A DNA stretch of 64,000 nucleotides from Eledone cirrhosa (taxonomy: Eukaryota): positions 66,278,001-66,342,000 of the forward strand of contig OZ024745.1 of NCBI GenBank assembly GCA_964016885.1, in the 5' to 3' direction. Made by a program: the position numbers and the translations under genes. Shown in pieces: positions 13,926 to 32,295 of this stretch. Numbering within the stretch: the stretch's first letter is position 1; each line of letters starts with the position of its first letter. The notes beneath the pieces are model-generated. The model was not told where the DNA came from, searched no databases, and saw only the letters and a program-made list of their open reading frames with translations.

Positions 13926-16552
13926 TACTTTGCTGACAACCTGCTTATCATAGGACTGCTCATTCAGGGTTGACTGCAAACTATCGACAACACTATTGGA
14001 GCAGAATGGGTCATTGACTGACTCTATTAATTCAACATGTTCTATTTCTTTCCATTAACAATTTGTAATTATTCCACAGTTTTCATGACAGTGTGATATA
14101 TTTGGTGTGCATTAGAGCAAGAAAATAAACTTCCAGAAAGTTGAAATCTGGTTTCAATTAATAATTGAAAAAGAAATGTATAACAAAACGTACTATTCTT
14201 TACTCTAAATATAGAGCTTGTATCAAGTCAGAAGAAAATTATATTTCTTGTGTTGAATGTTTCTGCAACTGAACAATGAATAATTGTGTACTTTTCCTCG
14301 GGGATGTCTTGGTTCATCATTCTCATTTCTTGGACTTATCTAAATGATTATTTTCTCAATAGAAAAAAAAAACAATTTTTTTTCTAAACCAATTTCGAAA
14401 TCTTGCCAAATCAGCCTTCTTTCTTGTGAAATTTGTCTGTAGACTTGCTTTATAAGCTATAATTAGTGTTCTCTGCTTCTTGAAGTAGTCTTGTTTTATA
14501 TTTAATTTTCTTTTCTTAATTTATTTGTTTAACTCCTGTCACAGTTTACATTGCAATGCAATTTACACACACAAACATGATGTGCACTTCTCTGATCCTA
14601 TGTTAGCAATAAAGTATTACATGAAAAAATAGACATTTTTTTTTTTTTTTTTAATAAAAATATTTATTCCAAGCATAATTTGGAATTTCCTTTTCATTAA
14701 TTGGATTGTTTCATCAGGATTCCATCTTCATTTTTCATGTCTTTGAAGTTCTGAATAAAGAAAATGAGATTCTGAAATAGGGATTCAGTTTTTTGATTGC
14801 AAGGACATTAGTAAGCCCAGGTATATGACAACATTATTTGCTCCATTTTCTAACTTTATGTGGATCCATTTTTAATAGCTTCTATAATAGAATTCTTTTG
14901 CTGTCTTCAGATTGCGCAATTATAAGCTCAGAAATCAATAGTTCTTTTAATCTTCTTGATTAAAAAAACTTTGATGTTATGTACGTATTGAATGTTTAAA
15001 GAAAAAAGTATCTATTACTTCACCATGCTTCCCCATTTTTTCCTGGGGACAATGAGCTTACTCCAAATTGATTTGGCTAACTTTATTGATTTCTTGGAAG
15101 ATTTTATGTGAATATGTTTATGTATTTGCTTGTATGCATGTATATACTTGAGGAAAATAGAAAAGAAGAAGAATATAATGAGGAATACATCTTTAGGAGT
15201 TGAGGGATATCTGAAAATATAACATGGTGCTCCTATTATTTATAACTCTAACATTCAGATGTCCAAAATTTTGTTAGCAAAATATCAATTGCTACTTTCT
15301 TCCTGTATGCTGCAATTATGAAATAGAAGTAATTTTTTTCAATATGCTCCCATAGAGTCACCTTCATTCTTTGTTGAGAAACTCCATGAAGGTTTTATTT
15401 AAATGGACACATCATCACATACGTATATACTAGCTTATAAAGTGAACATTATTTCCATAGAAAATCATAGGATGCTTCTTTGCCATAACCTTTTATTTTT
15501 TGTGGCAATAATCTCTTCCATCACATCTCAACTTCAAAATGTATTTTTCGATTCAGGTAAATGTATTAAACCTTTTAGAGTTGTTTTATATGCTAGGATA
15601 AACAGTATTTGTTTGTATTGTTTACTTTCCTACCTTTATATTTTTCGATTCTAGAATGAATGTTAATTTATTTTGTTGCTCTAAATGCTTTATCACTAAC
15701 TACACGATTTTAATAACAGTTATAGTAATATTAACTGTAGTATTAAGACACTTTAAAGCTTATACAAAATACCAACATATGTTCTACATTTCCACATAAG
15801 AGTCAGTTTTCATAATTTTCTGACGACATACACACAAACTGCAAAAATATTTCTCTTCAATAAACCCGACTCGTTTTTCTAGCTTCCAAGCTGTGACCAT
15901 ACCCACTTTTTTCTGATATACTGAATTCAAAGTTATTTTAATATCATTCATTTCTACGATGAAAGTTAAAATTTGAAAGAGATTTGGTGGCAATTATTAG
16001 CCATGCTTAGACCCATCTCTCAACAATAAATAAAACATACACAAACATATGCAACACATACAATACCTTATATACTGACCACTCACTAAAATTTCACTTA
16101 AACCACTAAACTAAAACTCAAAGAAAACCTCACCAGCTTGTTGCTAAAACTATTTCTCCTACTCAGCCCAGACAAATGGATAAAACAAAAAAGTAACTGT
16201 AACACAGAGGCTCTTGTTCTTTTTTGTGTCACCGGCCACTTTCACATTGAGAAATTTTGTACACTTACCTGTATAGTAAATATTCAAAAGCATACCAAAA
16301 ATATTTGGTAAAAGTTTGTTACTGGTTTATAAACTAAACTGATTTTTTATGATGTAGTAAAAATATCAAAGGGAGGTAACAAATAACGCAGGAAACCAGC
16401 TGCTAATATTGTATTAAAAAAAGAAAATGAAACCACACTTGACCATTTAAAACTGTATTTTATTAAATTTAATTATAAAGGATATAATTTAGTTTTATTG
16501 TCAAGGTTAGTTTTATGGTCAAGGTTAGCAAATATGTTGCTATGGAAAAATA

Positions 16553-18150
16553 TCACATTTTGAAGCAAACAGAAGTGAATAGGAGAGTGTTTTGAAAACA
16601 AATTATTTTATCAAACTGTTCAACAAAATGGAGAACACAGTTGCGTTTTGACAACCGTTGTACTTCAATGTGGTACAAAGGCCTCTCATAGTCATCATCA
16701 TTATCAAGGTAGAGTCGACAGAAAATTCGTTCAGACAAAGAATTCGATTTTAATTTATTCACAGTAAAAATAACTGACAGCAGTACATTACTAAGTCTGC
16801 CATTGATATTTTTTGCCACCAAATACTGCTGGTGAGTCACACTGATTGGTCCATTTCAATACATAATACTAATGCATCACCATCAAAATACACTGCCATG
16901 AGGCTAGCCACATTTTCGATGCCTTGCAGTGTGGCAACCTATTTCATCTTTTTAATCCAGGTGATAACATCCCTGTCATTGCTGAAGGCTTTGGATGCAT
17001 CACTACTCATTCTTGTTTTCATCGCCATATCGTATGTGAGATTGCAGAAAGTAAATAATAATAATTGTTTCTACGTTTGGCACAAGGCCAGCAATTATCC
17101 CACTGTATTACTGGTACTTTAAAATAAAAATAGTGTCAAAAATAGCTTGTTGTAAGCAAGCATAGGGACCTATCTTTGCGTCTTGAATCCAAACTGAATC
17201 TCCATGCACAAATGTTCACCTGTTTTACATCCGGCCCCAAAATACAGAGAATCTCTCATACACAATCATAGCACTCATAAACAGGCATGTACACAAGGTA
17301 CAGTGTTCTGACCAAAGAGAGCATGAAAGGCCTGCAAACTCTGATGTCACGTCACTGACCACATGCTTCCAGCAAGATCTCCTCTGCAATTCTGGTACCC
17401 ATCTCCACAACAAGGAACTTTTAAAACAGGGTGTGAAAGTTCAAGTTTTAAGAGAGAGGAGAAGCCTCTGTATCTACCTACCATGGCAGGCACCAATATT
17501 TTACAATGGGATTCTTGGCACATAAAAAAATAGCTTCAAGAAGTCTAAAATACCTTTTGAGTGAAGCAACAATTGAACAATGAACAGCATCTCTTCGCAA
17601 GGTTGAATATTTTCATTAAATAAACAAACACACATCATCAACAAGCATTGATATCACACAACTGTTGATTTGTTAATGTGTATTTAAAATTATGAACTCT
17701 GGAGATTTATGGATGAATTGATATTTGATATTGGTGGCCATTTCATTTATATGTCGAGAAGTTGTGTTTTTACTAAGTGGAATTGTTTCCATAATTGTAC
17801 CAGTCTTTTCCTGCATTTCAGCCAAGAGAACTTTTTCAATACAGGTTGAAGTGATGTTTCTCTTATAGTGTAGGACTGAATGACATTTGCGAGCAGTAAC
17901 ACAATGTATGATGCAATCATCTCCTTATCTTGCTGCGTGGTTGCTTTCTGAAGTTCTGAGATCAACATTTCCCACTTGTTGAATGAGTCTTATGTTGTAA
18001 GAAATTTAACTAAGGTTATAATGTAAATGGCATTTTAAGCATGAAGGCTTCCTGCTTTGTTGCTCAATATTTGGTTGCACATAAGACACCGAGGAGAAGT
18101 TACAAACAAATAAGATAAATACATAATGATGTATTGATGACAAAGTTTCT
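16553..18150 (-). mobile_element. Decayed hAT (Charlie/Buster-type) transposase remnant, interrupted
   Basis: ORF 16553-16840 RIFCRLYLDNDDDYERPLYHIEVQRLSKRNC resembles the LL.HTEVRWLS.G motif; N-terminal-like remnants near 17750-18150. Confidence 0.65.
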
Positions 18151-21100
18151 TAAATGGAGATATTGGGGTATTTAAAAATCGTACAAAATACAGAGAAAAT
18201 AGTAAGAACAATAGATAACAAAAGTTTGGTTAACCTACTGAAAGTCCGTTTTCAATAATCCACAAATATGATAACACAAGAGCATTGTAATCACTTGGCA
18301 ATCAATATAATCCTGCCAAATCAATGGGTGGCAGTAGTTCCAGCTGCACACATCAAAAGACTGGTGTAGTGGTTCTGAGAACAATGCGGCTTTGCAGATG
18401 ATCAATGCAAATTGACAAATGGAAAGGCGCTCCCACTCAAGTTAGAAGAGAACTATTGACCTTCAGGAGAAGCAGCGACCCTTGGTTGTATTCAGCAACC
18501 AAAACAAATATGAAGTACACCAAATCCAATGGTCCTATGACAGCCCTGGTTACTCTTATTTGCGAATGTAAACTCGGCCAGATTAGATTAGATTCATGTG
18601 GCTGTCTGTTTATATGAGCATGCACATTGAGCTGTGAGCAGGTCTCATTTTGGGATTCTTGTATTTTGTCTAGCCTCTTTCTCTATGACATGTTGTCAGA
18701 GTTCTTAGAGGTCATCATCTGTATCAATTGTATGTGTGTTCTTTCAGTGCTGACAAGTTTATGTCGAGATCATTTATTAATTTTACTGGCAAAAGTTGTT
18801 CTTGATCTTCCATTATCTGACTTATATTTGAAAAAAACATTTTGTTTGGAGAACTATTTGAATGTTAATGTCCATTTTCATATTAGAGAAAATACTACTA
18901 TATTGTGTTAAAAGTTTTAAATTTCTAAATATTAATTCACAACTGATAGTGATTAGACAATTGATGTCATCTGCAACAATATTTGATTTACGAATGAGAA
19001 ATATGAGTCAAGGAAGTTATTTCTCATTTCTGTTTCTGCTATTCATTTTTCTGTGAATATATGTCATTTAGGTCATTTCTATTTCGAAACTAGTTTAGGA
19101 TATTTTACAAATATTGTTGTCATCTAGCCTCAGGTCAGATCTGAACAAGCAGACCTATGGTCAAAATCATTCCAGCCATAATCATTCATTCTTATTCAAG
19201 CAGTGTGTACTGTGGACTACATTATCCAATGTAACTAACCCTTTCTTTAAGATATGTAATTTGAGGACACTTTGGCTGCTATTTCTAACAGATTGAACAT
19301 GTAATATTATATTCTTTTGACATTTATGTTAGGGGAAGCCATATTTACTTATAAACATTGCAACATTGAAATCTACTTTTGTCATTCTCCAAACTAACAC
19401 AACGAGAGCTATGAGCAAAGTTTGACTTCTTGGATTGTGTTATTTCTCTTTCTTTTCAAAGTTGTTATTTATTTTCCCATCCCTAATTTGTTGCAAAACA
19501 CCTGAAATTTCTGATTAATCTATACAATTTACAAAAAAGTTTCTTTTTCAATGATTGATGTCTAGATCCAACTTAATTATTTCACTTAAAATTCAAAATT
19601 TATTTTCGAAATATTAAATTTTCCTAACAGTAATTCCATTAGTTTTATGTTTGAGTTAATAACTGAGAATTCAAAAGCAATTTACTTATTTTCAATATAT
19701 ACCTATACATCATGATGCTGAATTGACTAATGTCATGACTAAATGCAAATATGGTTTGCATTAGCTTATCTTGAGACAGAATAATCAGTAATCAAATAAT
19801 TACACAATAGAAAAATTGAATAGCTACAAATTTTTCAGGAGCACTCAACAACCAATTCTCCCAGACATAAAAGAAAGAAACAACAAATATTCATTTAATG
19901 ATAAAGACGATAATAACAACTTCATTTTAATTGTATGAAAATATAATCAATTTGTTATATATTAATATAATCATTTATGGTTTTGATAGGTGACAATAAA
20001 ATAAATAATAATTTACTTCATTGTTTTTACCATTTATTTTTATATGACTTACTCTCATACATTGATTATATCTCTTAAAACTTAGGTAGTTAATTAAGAA
20101 GTTTAATTAGTTTTGATCCATGTTATGAATAGATACCTACTGGAAATAAATTTATTAATCTTCAATACTACTGTTTAATATCTATTTTATATGCTTGCAT
20201 GGGTTAGAGAGTTGCCACATGTTGAGGCTGGACTGATCAGGTGTATAGGTCCTCCTTTATGCTTTGTTTTGGCTTGGTTTATACTGCTGGTTTCTCTTCA
20301 TAATTCCAACCTCTCTAAAGCACGTACTGGGAGAATATTATCATGACTCCAGCACTATCAGCATAGATGGAGAACTGGAGGCGTTTTTCATGGTACTAGC
20401 ACTACCACAATACAGAGTGGACTGGGTGCTTTTGTCGTAGCACCAGCACTACATCATTACAATGCCTGCTCATTGTACATGGCCATGCTGGAATGGAGGG
20501 ATTGTTGTGGACTATGTCTCACTTACATTGCATGGCTATATATGAACATTAATCTGAATAACAATTTTCTACACACTAAAAGGTAAGAGTTTACTGAAAT
20601 TCACGATACCTGTATAACAAAACGATTTTGTAAATATTGTCAACTAGAAATATTATTTAATCTATTATATATTCTTTTTATAGTATTTTGGTTTGTATTT
20701 CTAGTTCATATTTATTTTCACATAGCAATGAAATAATTTTGATTTATGTTCAGAATAGAGTGCTTTATGGCATTTGTTCTATACAGTTATGAATCTGTTA
20801 CAAAGACCAAATATTCTCTTCTGTATTGTACAAATCATACATCTGGTATGGAAAATATGTCCAGATCATAAGAATCCTAAAATACAATTTGTTAAATCTA
20901 ATAGCAAGACTACAGAACTTTCCCTCTAATAGAGTCTTCCATTCAATATGATTAATTCTGATCGAACATGGGTGAAAATACAAAATATACCACTAATTGC
21001 TATTCTGTATCATAAACAGTATTGCAGACCCTTATAATCATGGAGAAGATTTGTAAAAGACACATATTTCCAATGTTAATGAAGATTTAGTCAAATGCAA

Positions 21101-22754
21101 TATTAACAATGCAATGAAGCTTCTGATGTTGCCATGCATAAGGATCAGTGGCAATAGCAAACTAGCAAATGTTTTTAGTGACATCGAAACAGCATTTTAA
21201 TGTTCTTTTATACTAAAAATAGTTATAAATTGTAGTATAGTTTCATTAGAATAGATCCCTTAAAAATTAGAGATCTAATGCTGCAATTAAAGCTAATCAT
21301 TTGGATCTATTTAATATTTTCAGGAAGAAAAACTTTAGCATCAAAGTTTTTAAATGCTATTGTATTTCTTTCATTTGATTTATTGTGTAATATTTTAATT
21401 TTGGTTATATGTTTAAAAGAAAAGAAACCTCTATCCAGACATGTATTAGTATAAGATTTATTTGATCAAGATTTTGAGAGGTAATTATTATGAATACATA
21501 TATGGAGTTAGATGGTATAAACCAATGGAAGAGAATAAGCTTACTTTATATATGTAAATTTTATATATTCAATTATTCTCTAAACCTTCCTTTCCCTATT
21601 CATGCAAAAATTGCCTTTTTTCATCCACACTGAATTCCCCACCATATTTTCTCATCTTTACGAAATTGGTTTCACTAGTGAATATTCAATGAGGAACATT
21701 GAAGAAATGACTTTAGAAGTGAGGTTTGCTTGATTCACCACCGTTGTCATCAACATTCAATTATCAAATTAGAAAGGCATCAGGTGTCTTGCTTATTTAT
21801 AATCCTTATTTAATTGCCTGAATTGTTATTATGTGAATGTGCTTAATAAAGCACAAAATCAAGAAAATAAGATTTGGTCATAATTAAAATATCTTCTTTT
21901 GTACTTTCTTAATATCAATTTCCTCTAGTTAAATAAGATGTTACTTCTAGAATACACACCACTAATGCAGTTCTTGCTCACATCACAAAGTTATAGTTAA
22001 CATTTGGCAAATCTTTCAATTCTCTTTTATAACCATTCTTTCTGACTATTAAACATCTTCACTTGATATCAATAGTAGCATGAAAGTTTCATTAAGAATT
22101 GACCACACTCAACTTGGATGAATTTGTTACTGTCTTCTGTTGACTAATTTCCCCAGTGATTTCACTGAAGCATGCAGGAAGATATTGCAGTAATTATGTT
22201 GGCTGGTCTCTGGATCAGCCCTCCTTGGAGGGTTAGAAGGAAGAAGAAAATAGAGAGAAAATCTGAAGATTTATACAACCCAATTGAAAGAAGCAGTAGA
22301 AGTAGTAGCTGGAAGTAAAGCAGATAATGAACGGCCAACAAAGATTAAAAGAATAACAAAGAACAATTCTCTCATAATAATATATCTATTTGTAAGCCAG
22401 TTTTTCCAGTTGAATATCTTTGCTTGACAGAATCTGTCCAATAGCATTGCTAATATACTATACTTCAAACTTTTCACTGATACAAAACACTTTTAGAGAT
22501 TATTCTAATTCTACTTAGGCTAAAAATAAGATACATTCATAATTTAACCATTTTCTGAATTCCGGGTAGGATTTTTTTATCAGCTATGGTATTTTATATT
22601 GCATGTTTATAACAATTGTATACATTTTCCCAGAAATATACTGTAAAGGTTATATATTCAAGTTTTGAAATTTTTTTTATATATATGTGTGTGTGTCATC
22701 ATCATAGTATAACGTACACACACACACATATATATATATACACATATATATATA

Positions 22755-23086
22755 CATCATCATCATCATTTTACGTCCGCTTTTTCCTGCTTGCAAGGGT
22801 GGGACGGGAACTGATTCTGGCTTGATTTCTACAGCTGGATGCCCTTCCTAACACCAACCTCATTTACAGTGAGTGCTGGGTGTTTTTTGCCATGGCACTC
22901 CACGACCACTTTGCAGTGGAATGATAATGACCCCAGTCCCTATCATCTCATTTCTATAGCTGAGTAAACTGGAGCAATGTGAAATAAAGTGTCTTGGTCA
23001 AGGAAACAACACATCACCCTGTCTGAGAATTGAACTCACAACCTTTCGATTGCAAGGCCAATGGTCTAACAACTAAGCCATGCGCC
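22755..23086 (-). mobile_element. Full-length ~330-bp tRNA-derived SINE with RTE-derived 3' tail
   Basis: A box tggcttagttg, B box gagttcaattc, central ccttgaccaagacacttt; 3' part matches the RTE 3' UTR; (GAT)n tail. Confidence 0.85.
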
Positions 23087-23654
23087 TTTATATATACATA
23101 TATATATACATAATATATACATATACATATATATATACATATATATATATATACATATACATATATATATATACATATATATATACATAAACATATATAT
23201 ATACATATACATAAACATATATATATATATACATATACATAAACATATATATATAAATATACATAAACATATATATATAAATATACATAAACATATATAT
23301 ATACATAAACATATATATATACATATATATACATATATATATACATATATATACATATATATACATATATATACCCATATATACACATATATATACATAT
23401 ATATACCCATATATATATACATATATATACACATATATACACATATATATATATACATATATATACACATATATATATATACATATATATACACATATAT
23501 ACACATATATATATATACATATATATATACATATATATATACATATATATACATATATATACATATATATACATATATATATATAAATATATATATATAC
23601 ATATATATACATATATATATACATATATATACATATATATACATATATATATAC

Positions 23655-23685
<31 letters not shown>

Positions 23686-23760
23686 CATATATATACATTT
23701 ATATATACATATATAGACATATATATACATATATATATACATATATATATACATATATAT
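23087..23760. repeat. Imperfect (TA)n array
   Basis: TA with C interruptions. Confidence 0.95.
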
Positions 23761-23771
23761 TTAGGAGAGAT

Positions 23772-24486
23772 GGTCACCAATTTTAGGAGGCTGCGTTGTT
23801 TTACGATTTAGACGGGAGTTCGTTTCCCTAGCTTGGCTGCTAGGACATCTCTTCTATTTGTTATTAGGTGTAGGTAAACAATTAAGCAAAAAGAACATAC
23901 CTCGAGATTATATGTACATGAGCATTTTAATCAGAGCATTAAACAAAACAGGTTATCATATCAGTTGCTCCTTGATTGGTAATTCGTAATTATCATTTCG
24001 TGGCGGTGTTCAAATATCCCGTGACCGCATGGTGTGACATCGCTGTTTCGCCACAGTGAAATGCTTTTGCTCCCATCAACACACAAAGTTGAAAAAGAGT
24101 GTATTCAGCTACTGATGTCAGAACGTGACGTCAGAACTAAGGTCAGTTAATCGACTGCCTCCAAAGTCAAAGCTAGGTGGCGTGATCTTCTACATAACCT
24201 CCCACGAGATTTTTAGAAAAGGAAATAAAAATCGGTTCATCGGACCATGTATGTAGAAAAACGATGAGCAACCAGCAAAAACCCCAAACCAAGGAGCAAT
24301 CAGCCCAATCAAGCACGAAGGGCACAACAAATTTCAAAAGAACATATGAAATAAGCATGCAAGAACCAGAAAGAAAAAAAATTATAATAAAATATAAATA
24401 CAATTTTTAAAAGTTCAAATAGTTCAAATAGGAAATACTGGATTAAACCGCCGCACAATTGGAGCTTACAAATATACAATGCTACA
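23772..24486 (-). mobile_element. Probable Gypsy LTR (~23782-24486) followed by a primer-binding site TGGTGACC (23772-23779)
   Basis: Starts TGTAG right after pol and a purine run; ends CTAAA (near-inverted CTACA) 2 nt before TGGTGACC. Confidence 0.55.
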
Positions 24487-26318
24487 CAGTTTTTTTGGCC
24501 AATATATCCTCCGACCGAATGGGTCGTAGTCTTATATCTTGGTGATGGGGGGGGGGGGGAACAGGTGTGTGTGCGAAAGAAAAAGACGGGGGCATTTGTG
24601 GCTCAGGTGTGGTAGCGTATGTGTCCAAATGTGCTCGGTTGAGTCGATCAATAGAAACCGTCTCAATGGGACCCTTAATTTCTACAGCGAAATGTTTCTC
24701 GGAACGAGCTAATACACGGTAGGGTCCAGAGTACGGTTGTGTGAGAGGTGGTCTCACAGCATCGTTTCTCACGAACACATGAGTCCACGAGGCAATATCC
24801 CTCGGGACTGAAGATTTTACAGTTTGCTTCCTCGTATCCATCGGCAGCGGGTCCTGAAAATAGGAACGCAGACGGGATACGTAGGAAAGCGGATCTTGTT
24901 CAGCAAGATCGACAGGGGCAAGCATTTGCCCAGGTAACGCTAGAGGAGCACCATATAATAATTCGGCCGAGGAGAACCCAAGGTCCTCCTATATTGTTGA
25001 CCGAATCCCCAACAACACAATAGGGAGGTATACGCTCCAACGCGTAGAGTCAGGAGAAGTCGGTAGAGCGGCTTTCAGTTGTCGGTGAAGCGCTCTACCA
25101 TTCCATTAGAGGCAGGATGATATGCAGTAATTCAGATGCGTTTAGCGCCGATGATCTTCGTCAGTTCATGGAAGAGGTTCGATTCAAACTGCTTTCCAGG
25201 GTCCGTGGTAATTGACATTGGTACTCCATATCGAGCGATCTATCCAGGCACAAGGGCACGCACTGTCGTATCAGCAGTGATATCTTTCAAGGGGATGGCT
25301 TCGGACCATCGCGAAAAACGATCGATAACAGTCAATATGTAATTATGACCACCGCTGATTGGCCAAGGTCCCACGATGTCAACATGAATGTGGCGAAACC
25401 GAGCGTCCGGGTTACTAAAAGTACCTAGAGGAGTCTTAACATGCCTGTGAACTTTTGATTTCTGGCAAGCAACACAGAAACGGCACCAGACAGTAATTTC
25501 ACGTCTCATATTTGGCCAGAAGAATCTAGCCGTTATGATTTTACTGTGGCAGAAGATCCTGGATGTGAAATGCCGTGTAAAACAAGAAACACAGTTCGAC
25601 GATGGTTCAACGGACAAAAGGCCGTGGCACATCCAAAGAGACGTCGCAAAGGATCCGTCCGTCTGCGGTCGATAATGGTAGGTATTTGATCCTGCAATTC
25701 ACAAATTCAGACGATGTAACATCCAACGATTTGAGGGTAGGCTGATCGGCTGCCAAGCGATTCAAATCTATGTCATCGGACGACGAGATCGAAGCAATCA
25801 GTAAACGAGACAGGGCGTCGGCCGCTGTATTCATAGAACTTGGAATATGTTGAATATCATTAGTAAATTTAGAAATGAGATCGAGATGTCTAGTTTCTCT
25901 GGGTCAGTATTTGTCAGCTTTTGCTTGCAAGGCGAATGTCAATGGCTTGTGGTCCGTGAAGATGGTGAAGATGGTCCGTGAAGATGTGCGAAAAATGCTT
26001 CACCGATAAGTATATAGCTAACAACTCCCGTCCAAAGGTGCTGTAGCGGGTTTCGGCAGGTTTAAGCTACCACGAGAAAAATTACAACGGTTGCTGTTGA
26101 TCATTCCTACTTTGTTGCAAATCTGCGCCCACGGCAGTATCCGACGCATCAAACAAAACGAAAGCTTAGCATTGGACACTGGGTGAGCCAGCATAGATGC
26201 ATTGGCTAAAGCAATTTTCGCATTCTCAAAATCCTCGAGCTGAGTTTCATTCAAAGAAGTGTCTTTATATTTCTTTCGGCAATTTTTCAAAATGTCCGTC
26301 AAAGTTAAGAGTAGCTTA

Positions 26319-26320
<2 letters not shown>
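24482..26320 (-). pseudogene. Ty3/Gypsy pol fragment (RT connection, RNase H, integrase), frameshifted
   Basis: MLAHP, FTDHKPL, NTAADALSR, FFWPNM..C..CQKSK, HVDIVGP, LTVIDRFSRW, PYSGPYRVL (GPY/F) motifs. Confidence 0.92.
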
Positions 26321-28494
<2,174 letters not shown>

Positions 28495-28650
28495 ATTCTG
28501 GACTAAAATTAGTCCAGAATTAGCCGTCGAAACGGCTTGAGCTCAGCTGTCGGGGTCTTACTGGTTCCTATTACCCACTCTACTACATCAAGTATTGAGT
28601 ACTTTGGTGCGTTATGGTCCACCTGGTTCCTTACCACATTTCCTTCGTTA
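28495..28650 (+). mobile_element. Short PLE-type 3' end, 5'-truncated inside a hammerhead
   Basis: Hairpin attctggactaa-aa-ttagtccagaat, then GAAA (28529-32), stem III cggc-ttgagctca-gctg and GTC triplet; CTGANGA absent; TA on both sides. Confidence 0.5.
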
Positions 28651-30287
<1,637 letters not shown>

Positions 30288-30535
30288 TTTATTAAAATAA
30301 CAGATTAAAGTTTAAGCAAAGAATCGCTGCTTTCACCCTTAACAGGATCTTCTGAAACTAACAAAGTCAATCTGTAAACGCAGAACTGGATATTTCAAAA
30401 AACGTTGCAACCGGAGGAAGACAGGAAGACGATACTTTGGTTCGTGGAAACGTTCGCTTGCAAAGAACGGAAAAAAACGAATAATACGTCATTAATAGGA
30501 GCCGTGAAAACAACTACGCGCTAAGACAGAACCAC
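30288..30535 (-). mobile_element. 248-bp copy of the 3' terminus of the Hydra-like PLE at 33831-36965
   Basis: Matches 33831-34078 with one substitution seen by eye; carries the hammerhead copy at 30300-30375. Confidence 0.9.
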
Positions 30536-30552
30536 TTCTACTCAGTTTTGAT

Positions 30553-31920
30553 GTGGTAAGCCTTTACACCAACATTACACATGATTTAGGAATAAAGGCG
30601 GTTAAATACTGGGTGGAAAAACATAGAGAAGTGATTCCCATTAGATTCACAGCGCCATTTATATTAGACGCAGTTAAACTTATTCTGGAAAACAACACTT
30701 TCTTCTTCAATGGAAAGAATTACATCCAAATTAGAGGCACAGCGATGGGAACGAAGTTTGCTCCCGTTTACGCGAACTCTGTAATGGGATACTTAGAACA
30801 ACAACTCTACCAAGAAATAGAGGAAAAATATAGTACTGACTTTAGAAAGTACATTGAAAAATCTTGGAAGAGATACCTTGACGACTGTTTCATCATCTGG
30901 ACAGAATCTCTAGATACTCTGGATGAGTTCAATATCCTCCTGAATAACCTACACCCATCTCTCCAATTCACAAAAGAGATGAGTAGGACCAAATTACCAT
31001 TCCTAGATATAATGATAATCAAAAACGACACCACCATTACCACGGATATATATTATAAACACACAGACACCCATCAATATCTGAATTTTAAGTCGTGCCA
31101 TCCACCTCATACAAAACGCAACATCCCATACTGCCTAGCCAGAAGAATTTGTACCATTGTAGAAGATACGAATACCAGGTACAAACGCCTAACAGAACTA
31201 AGAGAATTTTTGCTCAAACAAAAATACCCATCTCTACTTATAGAAAATGGCATACAGCGGGCTATAAAAATACCTATACAACAACTTAGAACAACCCAAA
31301 GAAGAAGAAACCAAGAACTGGTCATACCATTTATAATGACACACAACCCATGTCACCAGAATATCTTCAACACTGCCAAAGCAAACCTACCGATCATTGC
31401 TCAAAGTAATGAATTAAAAGGCTTAATCACAGATCGATCTTTGACTCTTAGTAAAAGACAGCCAAAAAATTTGAAGCAATTGCTAACAAAAGCAAAGTTT
31501 GACCTTAACAACAAAGACCAATCATTCACTGTATCTAAATGCAATGATAATCGATGCGGCACATGTCAATCCATACACGCCGGTCAATATATGAAAACAA
31601 AAACTGGAAAAATATTCACAAATGCAAATATGAACTGCAAAAGCAGAAATCTAATTTACTGCATTAAATGCCCGAATTGTGAAGAACTATATGTCGGTCA
31701 AACTGGAAATGCACTATCGGAACGTGCACGGGTACACCGTCAACAAATCAGAGACCCACATGTCCGTCAGATACCCCTAAGCGGCCACCTGGCAACATGT
31801 GGTCAGGGAATATTTATAATATTCCCATTCTACAAATTACACAGCCCAAATGAAATCAAGAGAAAAATCAAAGAAAAGAATTTTATTGATAAATTCAAAC
31901 CCAAGCTAAATGAACAATAA
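30553..31920 (+). CDS. Neptune-like PLE, 5'-truncated: RT core plus GIY-YIG endonuclease
   Basis: SFDVVSLYTNI, GTAMGT, WKRYLDDCF, LPFLD, YYKHTD, SCHP..KRNIPY, C..RC.TC linker, NLIY..C..C..YVGQTG. Element spans ~30536-32452. Confidence 0.93.
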   Translation: MVSLYTNITHDLGIKAVKYWVEKHREVIPIRFTAPFILDAVKLILENNTFFFNGKNYIQIRGTAMGTKFAPVYANSVMGYLEQQLYQEIEEKYSTDFRKYIEKSWKRYLDDCFIIWTESLDTLDEFNILLNNLHPSLQFTKEMSRTKLPFLDIMIIKNDTTITTDIYYKHTDTHQYLNFKSCHPPHTKRNIPYCLARRICTIVEDTNTRYKRLTELREFLLKQKYPSLLIENGIQRAIKIPIQQLRTTQRRRNQELVIPFIMTHNPCHQNIFNTAKANLPIIAQSNELKGLITDRSLTLSKRQPKNLKQLLTKAKFDLNNKDQSFTVSKCNDNRCGTCQSIHAGQYMKTKTGKIFTNANMNCKSRNLIYCIKCPNCEELYVGQTGNALSERARVHRQQIRDPHVRQIPLSGHLATCGQGIFIIFPFYKLHSPNEIKRKIKEKNFIDKFKPKLNEQ

Positions 31921-32119
31921 TAACGCCTAGGGGTATTACTTCTACTACCACTATGACCATGACCACTAACAACAACAACAACAACAATAATAATAATAAT
32001 AAAAGTGATGTTGATGGTGATGATTAATAGAAAATGCTATTTTCATCATTTCAAAAAAGCAAAACAATTGATACGTTGGATATGACTATTGGTCGTTAGC
32101 ATGCTCAACCAGCCGTGAC

Positions 32120-32235
32120 GCTTAAACCAATCAGCTGTAGTAATTCAGTGAAACTACACACTGATTGGTCGAAATACAGTTTACAGGGCTTTGTATTCTG
32201 GAGCCACTTTTCTCTGTATAAAATGTATAAAAGGT
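32120..32235 (+). promoter_or_regulatory. Putative Pol II promoter in the pseudo-LTR (two CCAAT boxes, TATA-like)
   Basis: ccaatcag near 32127, ctgattgg at 32161, two tataaaa at ~32217-32232, about 70 bp upstream of the hammerhead. Confidence 0.45.
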
Positions 32236-32295
32236 AGGAAATTTACCCATCTCATTACAGTTGAAAATTGCAAACTCGACTGTCACCACATATCA

